Notes: generated by a model not told the origin, from the letters alone. A stretch of 64,000 nt of DNA from an uncultured virus (IMG/VR IMGVR_UViG_3300023175_001302) (IMGVR_UViG_3300023175_001302), one strand, 5' to 3'; shown: positions 1 through 9,821, numbered from the stretch's first letter. A program made the numbers and translations.

Positions 1-886
1 TATCTATATTTTCTATATAACTTGTCATATAATGATCTGGTAGCTCTTTACCCATTTCATAAAATGAGAAACTTTCCCTAGCAGACCATAACCAAAAACT
101 GTTCACGCCAAAGTTTAAACTGTCCGGCTCTTCAACAAAGCAATACTTACCATAATCAAGTAGTTTAATCATTTCACCTAGATGAGCATATCTATTCATA
201 TGAGTTCCAGCTGGCGGTACCAATGGAACTACATCAGTTTCATTTACTACTCTTGTGATTTTAATCTTACCACGCATCTTTCTGATACCATGAGAGTCGG
301 TAACTTTAGGTTGACCGAATGTGATACATTCTGATACATTGTGTCCACTATAGTCTAAGTACCAAGCAACGATAATTGCTTCTGCACCACCTAATGAGTG
401 TCCAGTCACATATGTAGTCCACGTTTTGTCTAGTCTTGTAAGTAAATCATCAGCAATCATTTCTGCTGTTCTATGAAAACCAGTATGAAGTTCAATACCT
501 AGACGAAAACTTTTATCTTTAAAAAATTTTATATCTTGTAGGGCGTTGTGTGAATTGCTGGTTCCACGTATAGATACATATTGTTCTCTTTTATCTTTGT
601 CGAGTAAAATAATATATTTTATTTCATCGATTGTATTAACATACACTTCAAAGTTTTTATATTTTTCTCTTATAACGTCATTATCTTTTTTGTAAGCATA
701 ACTTGCTAATACAGCAAACCATCTTAAATTTTCCCAATCAACTTCATGTGATTTCGTAAAGTTCTGATTGAAACTATATTCTAAAGCATATTTTTTAACT
801 AGCCATCTTCTGATAACTTTAGCTATTTTTGATAAAATCCAGCCCTGGATGATCCATTTAATAACGTATCTAATTAAAAAACTCAT
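1..886 (-). CDS. Class 3 lipase / alpha-beta hydrolase (3' end runs off the window)
   Basis: Not in the ORF track; translated by hand from ATG at 886 (GAGGAG SD upstream): MSFLIRYVIKW...VSIRGT...LHTGF...VTGHSLGG...ITFGQPKV. These are typical lipase_3 motifs including the GxSxG nucleophile elbow. Confidence 0.85.
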   Translation of the reverse strand, partial: MSFLIRYVIKWIIQGWILSKIAKVIRRWLVKKYALEYSFNQNFTKSHEVDWENLRWFAVLASYAYKKDNDVIREKYKNFEVYVNTIDEIKYIILLDKDKREQYVSIRGTSNSHNALQDIKFFKDKSFRLGIELHTGFHRTAEMIADDLLTRLDKTWTTYVTGHSLGGAEAIIVAWYLDYSGHNVSECITFGQPKVTDSHGIRKMRGKIKITRVVNETDVVPLVPPAGTHMNRYAHLGEMIKLLDYGKYCFVEEPDSLNFGVNSFWLWSARESFSFYEMGKELPDHYMTSYIENID

Positions 887-924
887 GGTCGTCTCCTCAC
901 CATGAGTATTTATTAAATACGAAT

Positions 925-950
925 AAAAAAGCGAGCCTAAAGCCCGCTTT
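925..950 (-). terminator. Rho-independent terminator after pepA
   Basis: Minus-strand hairpin AAAGCGGGC-TTTAG-GCTCGCTTTTTT directly after the pepA stop. Confidence 0.7.
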
Positions 951-953
951 GAT

Positions 954-2399
954 TTAATATTTCATATCTTCATCTATTTCTAAATGTTCTTTGACTTCTG
1001 CTGCTGCAACATTAAATAATGTCCTTACCCCAAACCCAACTGCACCTTTTGGAACAGTAGGTTTACCACTGTTATCCCAGCATACACCAGCAATATCCAA
1101 GTGCGCCCAAGCACGGTCACTATCAACAAAACGATATAAAAATTCTGCTGCTGTAGTCGAACCTCCGTTACGACCGCCACCTATATTTTTAACATCAGCG
1201 ATATCACTGTCTAACATCTTATTCCAGTTTTTTCCCATCGGCATACGCCAGAAACCTTCACCCGAATTACTACCAGCGTCTAATATTTCTTGTCCCCATT
1301 CTGCTGAGTTTGTAAATAGACCTGCTGCTTCTTCACCTAGTGAAATAACTATAGCACCTGTTAGTGTTGCTAAATCAATGATACGATCCGGGTTGTACTC
1401 TTGTTGTACAAAGTGTAGAATATCTGCTAGAACTAATCTACCTTCAGCATCAGTATTTAAGTTTTCTACGGTCTTACCGCTTAGTGAAGTTACCACATCA
1501 CCCGGTTTGATAGAGTTACCGTCTGGCATGTTTTCTACTAGACCCACAATACCAACAACATGACGATCCAATCTCTGTGAAGCAATAGCATGCATTGCAC
1601 CTACAACTGCACCAGATCCGCCCATGTCGTATTTCATATCACCCATTCCAGCACTAGGTTTAATAGAAATGCCACCTGTATCAAATGTTACGCCTTTACC
1701 AACTAATGCCAATGGTCTAGTTACAGGTTGGTCTTTCCAATCTAAATTTTTATGGAATGGAATAGGTCCCTCCCATTCCATTACGACTACATAAGAGTCT
1801 TTAACTGAACCTTGTCCTACACTTAATAATAAATCAAACCCCATTGTTTCTAGTTGAGATTGATGGAAGATACGAACATTTACACCCAATGGTGTTAATA
1901 ATTCATCAATGCGTTGTGCGTATGTAGCAGGATATAAAACGTTACCAGGTTCAGTAATTAAATCACGGGCAACAAAAACACTGTTATGAATAGAACTATC
2001 TTTATCACAATCAATATGAATATTAAGTTCTTCATCTTTACTATCTGATTTGTATTTTGAGAATTTATAAGTTGCTAACATAGCTCCTTCGTAAATACTG
2101 TCATTAAAATCATTATTGATTTCAAAATAAATGTTTCTTACAGAACCTGAGTATTTCTTAACCCAACTGCCGCCGAAGTCACGCCAATCTTGTTCTGTCT
2201 CAGCGTTTGTTTTTACAACTACAATTGCATCTACATTCAACTTTGATGGAAATGAAACTACTACTTCAGCAGTATCTTTATCCTTAAATTCTTTATAATC
2301 GCAAACACTTGATAATTGTCCTGATGTTTTTTTATCTAGTGATTTAAACTCTTTTGTGTCATACAAAACTACTACGGCAGAATTTAATTCAAATGTCAT
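954..2399 (-). CDS. pepA: Leucyl aminopeptidase (M17)
   Basis: VGKGVTFDTGG, MKYDMGG, NTDAEGRLVLAD, DLATLTGA and WAHLDIAG are M17 signatures. Confidence 0.95.
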   Translation of the reverse strand: MTFELNSAVVVLYDTKEFKSLDKKTSGQLSSVCDYKEFKDKDTAEVVVSFPSKLNVDAIVVVKTNAETEQDWRDFGGSWVKKYSGSVRNIYFEINNDFNDSIYEGAMLATYKFSKYKSDSKDEELNIHIDCDKDSSIHNSVFVARDLITEPGNVLYPATYAQRIDELLTPLGVNVRIFHQSQLETMGFDLLLSVGQGSVKDSYVVVMEWEGPIPFHKNLDWKDQPVTRPLALVGKGVTFDTGGISIKPSAGMGDMKYDMGGSGAVVGAMHAIASQRLDRHVVGIVGLVENMPDGNSIKPGDVVTSLSGKTVENLNTDAEGRLVLADILHFVQQEYNPDRIIDLATLTGAIVISLGEEAAGLFTNSAEWGQEILDAGSNSGEGFWRMPMGKNWNKMLDSDIADVKNIGGGRNGGSTTAAEFLYRFVDSDRAWAHLDIAGVCWDNSGKPTVPKGAVGFGVRTLFNVAAAEVKEHLEIDEDMKY

Positions 2400-2835
2400 T
2401 ATCTTTCCTCTTTTCTACTAATTCTTTATGCTGTTTTCTATATTCTTCTTTATGTTCGGGATGATTCATATAATATGAAGCATTCATACCTCCTCTGTGT
2501 GCCAATCGCACACTTCCGGGAAATCCTTCTATATCACCTTTATGCCTTGGTATAAAATGAATATGTGGCCACATAACAGTCTGTCCTGCATATTCTCCCA
2601 TATTCATTCCGAAATGATACCCATCTATTTCCCCTTGTTCACGCAATTTGTTACCATAAGTGATTGTTGCTTCAAGTGCTAGTGTTATAAATTCTACATT
2701 GTTTCTTTTTGGTACAAATAATAAATGTCCTTCACATACTGGCCATTTGTCTTTATAAACCTTGTAATAAAAGTCATCATTTATAACATCTTGTTGGCTT
2801 TTTTCAAACGGAGTATCTTCAAACTTTTCAATCAT
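2389..2835 (-). CDS. HIT family nucleotide hydrolase
   Basis: GHLLFVPKR and AGQTVMWPHIHFIPR; the first His of the HxHxH triad is replaced by Trp. Confidence 0.8.
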   Translation of the reverse strand: MIEKFEDTPFEKSQQDVINDDFYYKVYKDKWPVCEGHLLFVPKRNNVEFITLALEATITYGNKLREQGEIDGYHFGMNMGEYAGQTVMWPHIHFIPRHKGDIEGFPGSVRLAHRGGMNASYYMNHPEHKEEYRKQHKELVEKRKDNDI

Positions 2836-3544
2836 CCCATGTGTCCATTAATGGTAATAGTTTTTTAACTATCTTTGCTGCTTTGCTTGAACTTTCATCT
2901 ACAAAATCATCAAAATCAACATGAGAATCATCACCTGCTAAATCACTTAGCACTCTTACTACAACAAACGGTTTATGCCATTGACAGCAAACTTGCGCAA
3001 TTGCTGCACCTTCCATTTCAATCGCATCGGCATCAAATTGTTTATGGAACATTTTACGTGTTTCACTGCATGCTAGATAAGTATCACCAGTTAATATCTT
3101 TCCGAATTTAACAACTTTTCCAATAGATGCATCTAATAATGCTTTCATATCTTCAGACATAACATATGATACTTCAGTCTTACTACCTTCTAATGCTGGG
3201 AAAGAACCAGGAAGAGAAGATATAAGTTCACCTGTTACAATCGCACCGTAGTCATGTTGTATCAGTTCTTCACCGATAATTATGTCTCCGATTTTATATT
3301 CTGGATTTAATCCTCCCGCAACTCCACTAAAAACTATACTACTACAACCGTAGTGTGCTAAAAGTAACGTAGTTGTAACTGCGGCATTTACTTTGCCAAT
3401 TCCACATTCTGCTGCTATAACATTGACACCATTAATGGAACCAAACTGAAATGTTTTATCCATAATAGTTTGTTCTTTTGGTGTTTCATCCCATTGTATT
3501 TTTGAATACTCTTCTGGTATAGCAGAAATAATTCCTACTGTCAT
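2828..3544 (-). CDS. mtnN: 5'-methylthioadenosine/S-adenosylhomocysteine nucleosidase
   Basis: GIISAIPEE, GIGKVNAA, FSGVAGG, EMEGAAIAQVC and RVLSDLA. Confidence 0.93.
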   Translation of the reverse strand: MTVGIISAIPEEYSKIQWDETPKEQTIMDKTFQFGSINGVNVIAAECGIGKVNAAVTTTLLLAHYGCSSIVFSGVAGGLNPEYKIGDIIIGEELIQHDYGAIVTGELISSLPGSFPALEGSKTEVSYVMSEDMKALLDASIGKVVKFGKILTGDTYLACSETRKMFHKQFDADAIEMEGAAIAQVCCQWHKPFVVVRVLSDLAGDDSHVDFDDFVDESSSKAAKIVKKLLPLMDTWDD

Positions 3545-3550
3545 TTATTT

Positions 3551-4267
3551 CTAATCCTCAATTTTATCAAATGATACTGTATAGCCTATTGCTATATGAC
3601 CTTGAATATTTTTTGTTCGTATTCCTTCATCATACACGATTACATCTGAAATGTCAAGTTCAAAGTTACTTATCATTTTATCTAAATTGCTTGGTTCTTC
3701 GCCCGGCATATGCCAAGTATTATATTCATCTAAATGAGATTTAAAACCGTATTTTTCTATTATTTTGTTAGTTCTATCACAGTCTGGATGTTTATGAAAG
3801 TCACCTGCGATAATAGTAGGAGTGTCTTTGAACTGCGATAGAACATACTCAATATCACCCATTCTTTCTAGTTCTAATATTGGATATTCACCGTATTGTT
3901 GTTGATAACATGGTAACATTGAAACTAAATTAATACCATTAACAACTGTTTTTAAAGCAGTACATCCCTGAAATGAATCATCTGCAACTATAACATGATG
4001 CACAGAAGGCATTGTTATACTTTCAGTATTACTAAATGTTGGTGCAGAATTACTTTTTCCTATACCAACACATAGTTCCCCTACACCCGGAGTTGACTCT
4101 ACCATAAATGAGCGGCCGCCTAATTCTCTTTCTAAATCTGATTTTTTGTCTTTTGGAAATCTCTGTAGTAAAACTATATCAGCACTTTTAATAACTTTTT
4201 CTAAGTAGTTCCAACCCCATCGCAAGTTGTCACAGTTATACTGCAGTATCCTTATAGAATAAACCAT
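3551..4267 (-). CDS. Endonuclease/exonuclease/phosphatase (EEP) family protein
   Basis: ILQYN, ADIVLLQ, IIAGDFH, LDKM and a C-terminal GH follow the EEP motif order. Confidence 0.7.
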   Translation of the reverse strand: MVYSIRILQYNCDNLRWGWNYLEKVIKSADIVLLQRFPKDKKSDLERELGGRSFMVESTPGVGELCVGIGKSNSAPTFSNTESITMPSVHHVIVADDSFQGCTALKTVVNGINLVSMLPCYQQQYGEYPILELERMGDIEYVLSQFKDTPTIIAGDFHKHPDCDRTNKIIEKYGFKSHLDEYNTWHMPGEEPSNLDKMISNFELDISDVIVYDEGIRTKNIQGHIAIGYTVSFDKIED

Positions 4268-4581
4268 TACTCTGCTGGTTCAATTGAACAAGCCAAGGTA
4301 AATGAATTGGCACGGCTTGCTCTTGTTACTTCTTCTACTTTTTGTTCTGCGATTTCCATATAATACATACCGACAATACCTTGCCCCTCATTATGTATCT
4401 TTTGTGCCATATCAATTGCAGTTTGTTGTGTGTGATGGAATAGCTGTATTAAAACTTCAATAACAAAATCGAATGGAGTTGTTTCATCATTATGCATCAC
4501 TACATAATAACGTTTTGGTTTTTCTAAATTCAAGTCTATCTCCTCAGTTGACTTTACTTTTGTGTCTTCATTCGCTATCAT
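4267..4581 (-). CDS. clpS: Clp protease adaptor ClpS
   Basis: YYVVMHNDETTPFDFVIEVLIQLF...IHNEGQGIVG...IAEQKV; start moved to the ATG at 4581, downstream of a terminator and a late promoter. Confidence 0.92.
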   Translation of the reverse strand: MIANEDTKVKSTEEIDLNLEKPKRYYVVMHNDETTPFDFVIEVLIQLFHHTQQTAIDMAQKIHNEGQGIVGMYYMEIAEQKVEEVTRASRANSFTLACSIEPAE

Positions 4582-4617
4582 TGTTATCTCATTTTTTTGG
4601 TTGGTAAAATATTTATC

Positions 4618-4645
4618 AAAAAAGAGAGGTGAATTCACCTCTCTT
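4618..4645 (-). terminator. Rho-independent terminator after hsp20
   Basis: AAGAGAGGTG-AATT-CACCTCTCTT followed by a T run on the minus strand. Confidence 0.75.
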
Positions 4646-4662
4646 AAAGTATAGCATAAAAC

Positions 4663-5079
4663 TTATTTTATTTCAATACGTTTTGCTTTCTTTTCTTCTG
4701 GAACTTTTCTTTCTAGTAGAACATATAAAAGACCATCTTCCATGATTGCCTTTTCTACTTCTACATGGTCAGCAAGTTTCCATTGACGGGAAAAAGAACG
4801 GTTCGCAATACCTTTATGTAGATATGTACGATCCTCTTCTTCAATATCTGGCTTATTGCCTTCAATTGTTAGCATTCCCTCTTTCACAGTAATTTCAATA
4901 TCGCTGCGTTTAAAGCCGGCCAAGGCTAAGGTGATTTGATATTCATTATCACCGATTGTTTCTACATTATAAGGGGGGTATCCTGAATTATCTAGTCTGT
5001 TGAAATCGTTCATCAAACGATCAAAGCCCAATACTGAGCGGTGGAAATCAGGAAGGTTTAGTGTTGAAATTCTTGTCAT
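4663..5079 (-). CDS. ibpA: Small heat shock protein (Hsp20/IbpA-like)
   Basis: GYPPYNVE, ITLALAGF, YLHKGIANRSFSRQW, A.MEDGLL and a C-terminal IEI motif. Confidence 0.92.
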   Translation of the reverse strand: MTRISTLNLPDFHRSVLGFDRLMNDFNRLDNSGYPPYNVETIGDNEYQITLALAGFKRSDIEITVKEGMLTIEGNKPDIEEEDRTYLHKGIANRSFSRQWKLADHVEVEKAIMEDGLLYVLLERKVPEEKKAKRIEIK

Positions 5080-5085
5080 TTTGTT

Positions 5086-5153
5086 TCTCCTTTAATAAGC
5101 AAGATATGTTGGGTCCCTTCTGGCGACCCAAGTAAGGTAAACTTTTTACCCTA
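5086..5153 (-). promoter_or_regulatory. ROSE-like RNA thermometer in the hsp20 5' UTR
   Basis: Three consecutive hairpins. The last, UCUUGCUU-AUUA-AAGGAGA, pairs a UUGCU motif with the SD sequence and has a bulged G. Confidence 0.7.
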
Positions 5154-5190
5154 CAATTATATTTAGTCATTTTATTCCAAATGTCAAGTG

Positions 5191-5460
5191 TTATACACCT
5201 ATTTTTTCTGAAAAAAGTTTAATTTCTTTTGCAGGACCAATATTACAAGGTAAATCACCGTGTTCATCAATGTAATGTTGTATTACTGCTTTATACCATA
5301 ATTGACTATTATGGTGTGCTACTTTATTAAATCGCCAAATGCCATTACTACTACCGTCCATTGTCAATAACGCACGGGTTGCTTCTTTTTGTAATGTCCT
5401 TAAATCAAGTTCGTCTAAGTCTATCATTGCCAATCTATTTGACGCTTTTTCTTTAACCAA
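5191..5460 (-). CDS. Hypothetical protein
   Basis: ORF in operon context; the true start may be the second Met. Confidence 0.6.
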   Translation of the reverse strand: MVKEKASNRLAMIDLDELDLRTLQKEATRALLTMDGSSNGIWRFNKVAHHNSQLWYKAVIQHYIDEHGDLPCNIGPAKEIKLFSEKIGV

Positions 5461-5675
5461 CGCTTGCGTCCTGCATCTTTAGCTTTACGTTTAATTTCAC
5501 TTGGTTTCACATATTCTCTACGTGTTCTAACTTCTTGGATAATTCCATCTTCTGTGCATTTCTTTTTAAATTTTCTTAATGCACGTTCAAAGTTTCCATT
5601 CTTAACTTCTACGGTTGTACCAGACTTGGTATATCTGTCTGTGTCGTTTCCTTTTATATAATGTCTTTTACTCAT
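5424..5675 (-). CDS. rpsU: Ribosomal protein bS21
   Basis: VEVKNGNFERALRKFKKK...GIIQEVRTRREYVKPSEIKRK. Confidence 0.92.
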   Translation of the reverse strand: MSKRHYIKGNDTDRYTKSGTTVEVKNGNFERALRKFKKKCTEDGIIQEVRTRREYVKPSEIKRKAKDAGRKRWLKKKRQIDWQ

Positions 5676-6189
5676 TTTTGTTTATCAAACCTGTAATTCT
5701 ATTACCGTTTTGTTTAAGCGGTTGTTCATATTTATAGTTTTCTAAATCATTCTCTATCGCTGATTTAAAATATTCTAATACGTCAGATGCTTTAGACATT
5801 TCTCTGCCACGCATTTGAATTGTAATTTTTACCTTAGCACCTTTATCTAAAAATTGTTGCGCTCTACGCATTTTTATTTGTAAGTCATGCTCTCCTATAC
5901 CAGGTCTAAACTTGACTTCCTTAATCTCAATAGCGTTTGCTCTTGCATTTTTTGCTTGTAACTTTTCACGCTTTTTAAGTTCGTAGTTATATTTATTTAA
6001 ACTTATAATTTTAGCTACAGGAGGTTCTGCATCAGGAACTATTAATACTAAATCTAATTCTTGTGATTCAGCTTTATCTAATGCTTGAAATTTAGACATT
6101 ACTCCTAATTGTTCGCCGTCACTATCTATGACTCGCAACTTATTTGAATCTATATCGTTATTAGATATAATGTTAGATTTGTTTTTCAT
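5668..6189 (-). CDS. infC: Translation initiation factor IF-3
   Basis: LRVIDSDGEQLGVM, LDLVLI...PPVAKI, IKEVKFRPGIGEHDL and KVKITIQMRGRE. Confidence 0.95.
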   Translation of the reverse strand: MKNKSNIISNNDIDSNKLRVIDSDGEQLGVMSKFQALDKAESQELDLVLIVPDAEPPVAKIISLNKYNYELKKREKLQAKNARANAIEIKEVKFRPGIGEHDLQIKMRRAQQFLDKGAKVKITIQMRGREMSKASDVLEYFKSAIENDLENYKYEQPLKQNGNRITGLINKNE

Positions 6190-7440
6190 TTATGTTTTTT
6201 GACTTACCTTTGTTTTATCGTCAAACACTAAGATTGGATCAGTACCGTCTTTGATAAAATCACCATTAATAATTACAGATTTAAGTCCTCGTTTCGCTAA
6301 ACTAGGTAATCTGAATTGTAATTTAAGAAGAGACTTTTCAATAGAACTCCTTAAACCACGAGCACCGGTTTTATCTTCTGACGCCTGCTTTGCTATTTCT
6401 TGTAAAGCAGAATCTTTAAATTCTAATTCAACTCCGTCCAATGAAAATAGTTTTTTAAACTGAGCGACAATACTATTCTTTGGCTCTGTTAAAACTTGTA
6501 CTAATTGCTCTTCATTCAACGGATCTAATCCTACTAATATTGGAAATCTACCAGTAAACTCTGGGATAACACCATATTTAATAACATCTTGTGCTTGAAC
6601 TGTTTCACGTATATTTATCTTTGAATTAGATTTGTCTAAAACAGTTGCATTAAATCCAATACTAGAATTGGTATTAACACGGCGTTCGATTATCTTTTCA
6701 ATACCAACAAACGCACCGCCAACAATAAACAGTATTTTACTTGTATCTACTTCCACCATATCTTGTCCGGGATGTTTACGTCCTCCGCCTGGTGGGACAC
6801 GAACAGTTGTACCTTCTACAATTTTCAGTAGTGCTTGTTGTACACCCTCGCCACTTACATCTTTTGTGATAGATACGTTTTCACCTTTCTTGGCTTTTTT
6901 ATCGATTTCATCAATATATATAATACCGTGTTCTGCTTTTGCTACATCAAAGTCTGCTGCCATTAACAAACGCTGAACTACGTTCTCAACATCGTCACCT
7001 ACATAACCGCTCTCTGTTAGTGATGTCGCATCAATCTGTGCGAATGGTACTTCTAAAAACTTTGAAATTGTTTTTGCTAATAATGTTTTACCAGTTCCAC
7101 TTGGCCCAAGAACCATGACATTTGATTTATCTAGTTCTATACCATCTTTGGTATCTGAATTAATTCTTTTGTAATGATTATAAACTGCTACACTTAGAAC
7201 TTCTTTGGCTTCATCTTGACCAATAATATGTTCGTCTAGGAATTCTTTAATCTCTTCTGGACTTGGAAGTTCTTCTAGCTTTTCGGTTTTGTCTTTGGTG
7301 ACACGTGTTTCATGTATAATCTCATAACATAAATCTACACACTCATTACAAATGTATTGATTTGGTCCTGCGATTAAAGTTTTAACTTCTTCTTTTTGCT
7401 TGCCACAAAAAGAACATGTATATTCTGTTTTATCAGTCAC
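6190..7440 (-). CDS. clpX: Clp protease ATP-binding subunit ClpX
   Basis: C4 zinc domain CSFCGK..CNEC, Walker A GPSGTGKT, pore loop GYVG, RKH loop, IGF loop and GARGLR. Confidence 0.97.
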   Translation of the reverse strand: MTDKTEYTCSFCGKQKEEVKTLIAGPNQYICNECVDLCYEIIHETRVTKDKTEKLEELPSPEEIKEFLDEHIIGQDEAKEVLSVAVYNHYKRINSDTKDGIELDKSNVMVLGPSGTGKTLLAKTISKFLEVPFAQIDATSLTESGYVGDDVENVVQRLLMAADFDVAKAEHGIIYIDEIDKKAKKGENVSITKDVSGEGVQQALLKIVEGTTVRVPPGGGRKHPGQDMVEVDTSKILFIVGGAFVGIEKIIERRVNTNSSIGFNATVLDKSNSKINIRETVQAQDVIKYGVIPEFTGRFPILVGLDPLNEEQLVQVLTEPKNSIVAQFKKLFSLDGVELEFKDSALQEIAKQASEDKTGARGLRSSIEKSLLKLQFRLPSLAKRGLKSVIINGDFIKDGTDPILVFDDKTKVSQKT

Positions 7441-7453
7441 GTGTCACCTACTC

Positions 7454-8806
7454 TTATTTTTTCAAGTCGTCTAACCAACCTGAACGTTTAACCAACTCAG
7501 TATTTATCTTACGCTGTTTTTCAGCTTCAGAGATATTATCGCTTAAAGAGGTCGATTTGTCAAGCGTTTTTTTCTCTTTTTTTGAAAAAAGTGCGTCAAA
7601 TATTTCTTCTTGTCTACCATCATTATTATGACGATTGATGAAGCTATAATTGGCTGCTATCAATAATAGAACAGCAAGTGGGTCGAACACAAAAATAAAC
7701 ACAATGATTAACCAACGTACCGCATCATCTACAGTATCACGTTCTGCATTACCATATACAACTTCTGCGATATATTTAATTGGACCAACTTCTGCTTCTA
7801 GTTTACGAACTTCTGTTTCTAATTCAAACTTTTCATCACGTAGTTCTTCATTAGTAATTTCAACTGTTCTAACCTTTTCAATAAGTTGTTCAATCTCTAC
7901 ACTGTTATCTATTTCTGAAACCGAATTTAGCTGCGCTCTTAGTCTGTCGATAGTTGCTTGTGAATTTTGAACATCACGTTCTGCTATAGAACGCAATCTT
8001 TTTATTTCTTCACGTGCTTGGTTAATTGCTGCGCTATCAACAGAACCACGAATATCTTCTACAATTTGAACAAGACCTGCTTTTTCTTGTTGTAGTGATA
8101 ATCTAAATGCTTCTACTTTGGCTGCAGTTTTTGCACCGTATCTACCATCTTGTTTTGAACCAACTAAACCTTGAAGTTTTCTTATTTCTTCATTTTCAAC
8201 ATATGTCTGTAATTTTGTTAGGGTTTCATCGATACGTGATATTTGGTCAAGATAAGATTTAACTTGTTCTTCTTGCCCATTTTGTTCACTTTCAATGATT
8301 GACATCTGTTCATCGATTGCAGGTTGTACTCTGTCGTATGCTTGATTCATACGAGTTTGTTCTGCGTCAAGTTGTGATTGAATGTCAGATGTATCATCTG
8401 CTGTTTCATTTTCCAACTTTTCGATTTTGATTTCAGTTCGATTAATTATTTCTTCATTACGAATTATATCATTAGCTATTCTTTCAGCACGAGCCGTGTA
8501 TTGTTGTCCTTCTGCTGCTTGTTCTAAGTGCGCCCTGGATAAAAATCCAAAGATACCCATAGATGTAATAAACATAAGAACAATAACTGCTATTGTTAGA
8601 TATGATTTCAGAAGAAATGGTGCCCTCTTCCAATTACGGTAGACCCATGAAGCTGCTACTAATTTACCTACTTCAAGTGAGCCTGCCATTATAGCTACTG
8701 GTATAGCGGAGGCGGCAAAAATCGCCATAAGACCAGCGATTGAAAACCATCCAGCGATTGCTGCTATAGAAATCGCTACCAGAAAGGTGATAATTGGAAA
8801 TATCAT
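7454..8806 (-). CDS. Membrane-anchored coiled-coil protein with a peptidoglycan-binding-like insertion
   Basis: Three N-terminal TM helices, a long heptad region, LQGLVGSKQDGRYGAKT (PG_binding_1-like) and a C-terminal TM IIVFIFVFDPLAVLLL. Confidence 0.65.
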   Translation of the reverse strand: MIFPIITFLVAISIAAIAGWFSIAGLMAIFAASAIPVAIMAGSLEVGKLVAASWVYRNWKRAPFLLKSYLTIAVIVLMFITSMGIFGFLSRAHLEQAAEGQQYTARAERIANDIIRNEEIINRTEIKIEKLENETADDTSDIQSQLDAEQTRMNQAYDRVQPAIDEQMSIIESEQNGQEEQVKSYLDQISRIDETLTKLQTYVENEEIRKLQGLVGSKQDGRYGAKTAAKVEAFRLSLQQEKAGLVQIVEDIRGSVDSAAINQAREEIKRLRSIAERDVQNSQATIDRLRAQLNSVSEIDNSVEIEQLIEKVRTVEITNEELRDEKFELETEVRKLEAEVGPIKYIAEVVYGNAERDTVDDAVRWLIIVFIFVFDPLAVLLLIAANYSFINRHNNDGRQEEIFDALFSKKEKKTLDKSTSLSDNISEAEKQRKINTELVKRSGWLDDLKK

Positions 8807-8877
8807 TATAATCTCCCTACTTTTACGGACCTCTCATACGTATTTATCAGTAGGGAGAGCATTTTTGTGTATGTTGT

Positions 8878-9384
8878 TTACATACTAACGTTTAGAAAGA
8901 CAACAGTACCACGTTTGTACCACTGTTTAGTATTGAATTGAAAACGTTGACCACCTTCAATCTCTACAGTGACTACATTATCACCACGCACAGACACAAC
9001 TTGGCGCACATATTCTGTTGAACATTGTTGTTGCTGTTTATAACCGACAATTACAGTTTCTTTCTTTTGCTTCTTATCAGCGGCTACCATTCCGCCGATT
9101 ACTGCACCTGCTGCAGCACCTTTATCATTACCTGAAGCGCCTTTACCAAGTAAACCGCCAATAATCATACCGGCAAGAACGTCACCTCCGTTTGCACCGT
9201 TGCCCGTAGTGACTTCTTTATATACTGGAACTTCAACAGTACGACAAGATTGTTGAGGCACTTCTTTAATTACTTCTTTATAACTTTCTCGCATATCAAC
9301 TACAGTTGCCTGTATTCGGCCGTTGGCGAACGCAACTGACCCAAACATTGATAAAATTGCAGCAAATGTTACTAGCTTTTTCAT
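8878..9384 (-). CDS. Secreted glycine-zipper protein
   Basis: Signal peptide ending AFA; glycine zipper GMIIGGLLG...GAAAGAVIGG. Confidence 0.75.
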   Translation of the reverse strand: MKKLVTFAAILSMFGSVAFANGRIQATVVDMRESYKEVIKEVPQQSCRTVEVPVYKEVTTGNGANGGDVLAGMIIGGLLGKGASGNDKGAAAGAVIGGMVAADKKQKKETVIVGYKQQQQCSTEYVRQVVSVRGDNVVTVEIEGGQRFQFNTKQWYKRGTVVFLNVSM

Positions 9385-9395
9385 ATTAATCTCCT

Positions 9396-9791
9396 TTATG
9401 AGCCAGTGATTAGTTCAAGCGTACCATCTTCACCGAATTCAAAGTCTTCAATGAAACGATGATGGGTGCCTGATTGTTTGATACATGACTCAGCGGCAAA
9501 CCAAAGAGACTTGATTGTACCGTCAATTGCAGTCATGCTTACTTGAGACATGCTACGCTTGCCACCATCTTTCATGTCAAGCAATAATTCTTCTTGTGTA
9601 GCATCATCCCGAACATATTCGTAAGTAACTTTACGAACTTTGTCAGTGAAAATTTTAAAGTCTAGACCTTTCTTTCCAAATTCTGTCATTGACCAGATTG
9701 ATTGAAACCCTAGTTCATTCTGTAGTGCTGTATAGTGATCACACAATTCAAAGAACGCAAGTGTCTCAGCATCATATTGAACGTTTTCCAT
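9396..9791 (-). CDS. Hypothetical early protein
   Basis: ORF with SD directly downstream of a GANTC-type promoter. Confidence 0.7.
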   Translation of the reverse strand: MENVQYDAETLAFFELCDHYTALQNELGFQSIWSMTEFGKKGLDFKIFTDKVRKVTYEYVRDDATQEELLLDMKDGGKRSMSQVSMTAIDGTIKSLWFAAESCIKQSGTHHRFIEDFEFGEDGTLELITGS

Positions 9792-9821
9792 GTCTAGTAC
9801 CTTTCTCTTAACTATACTATT

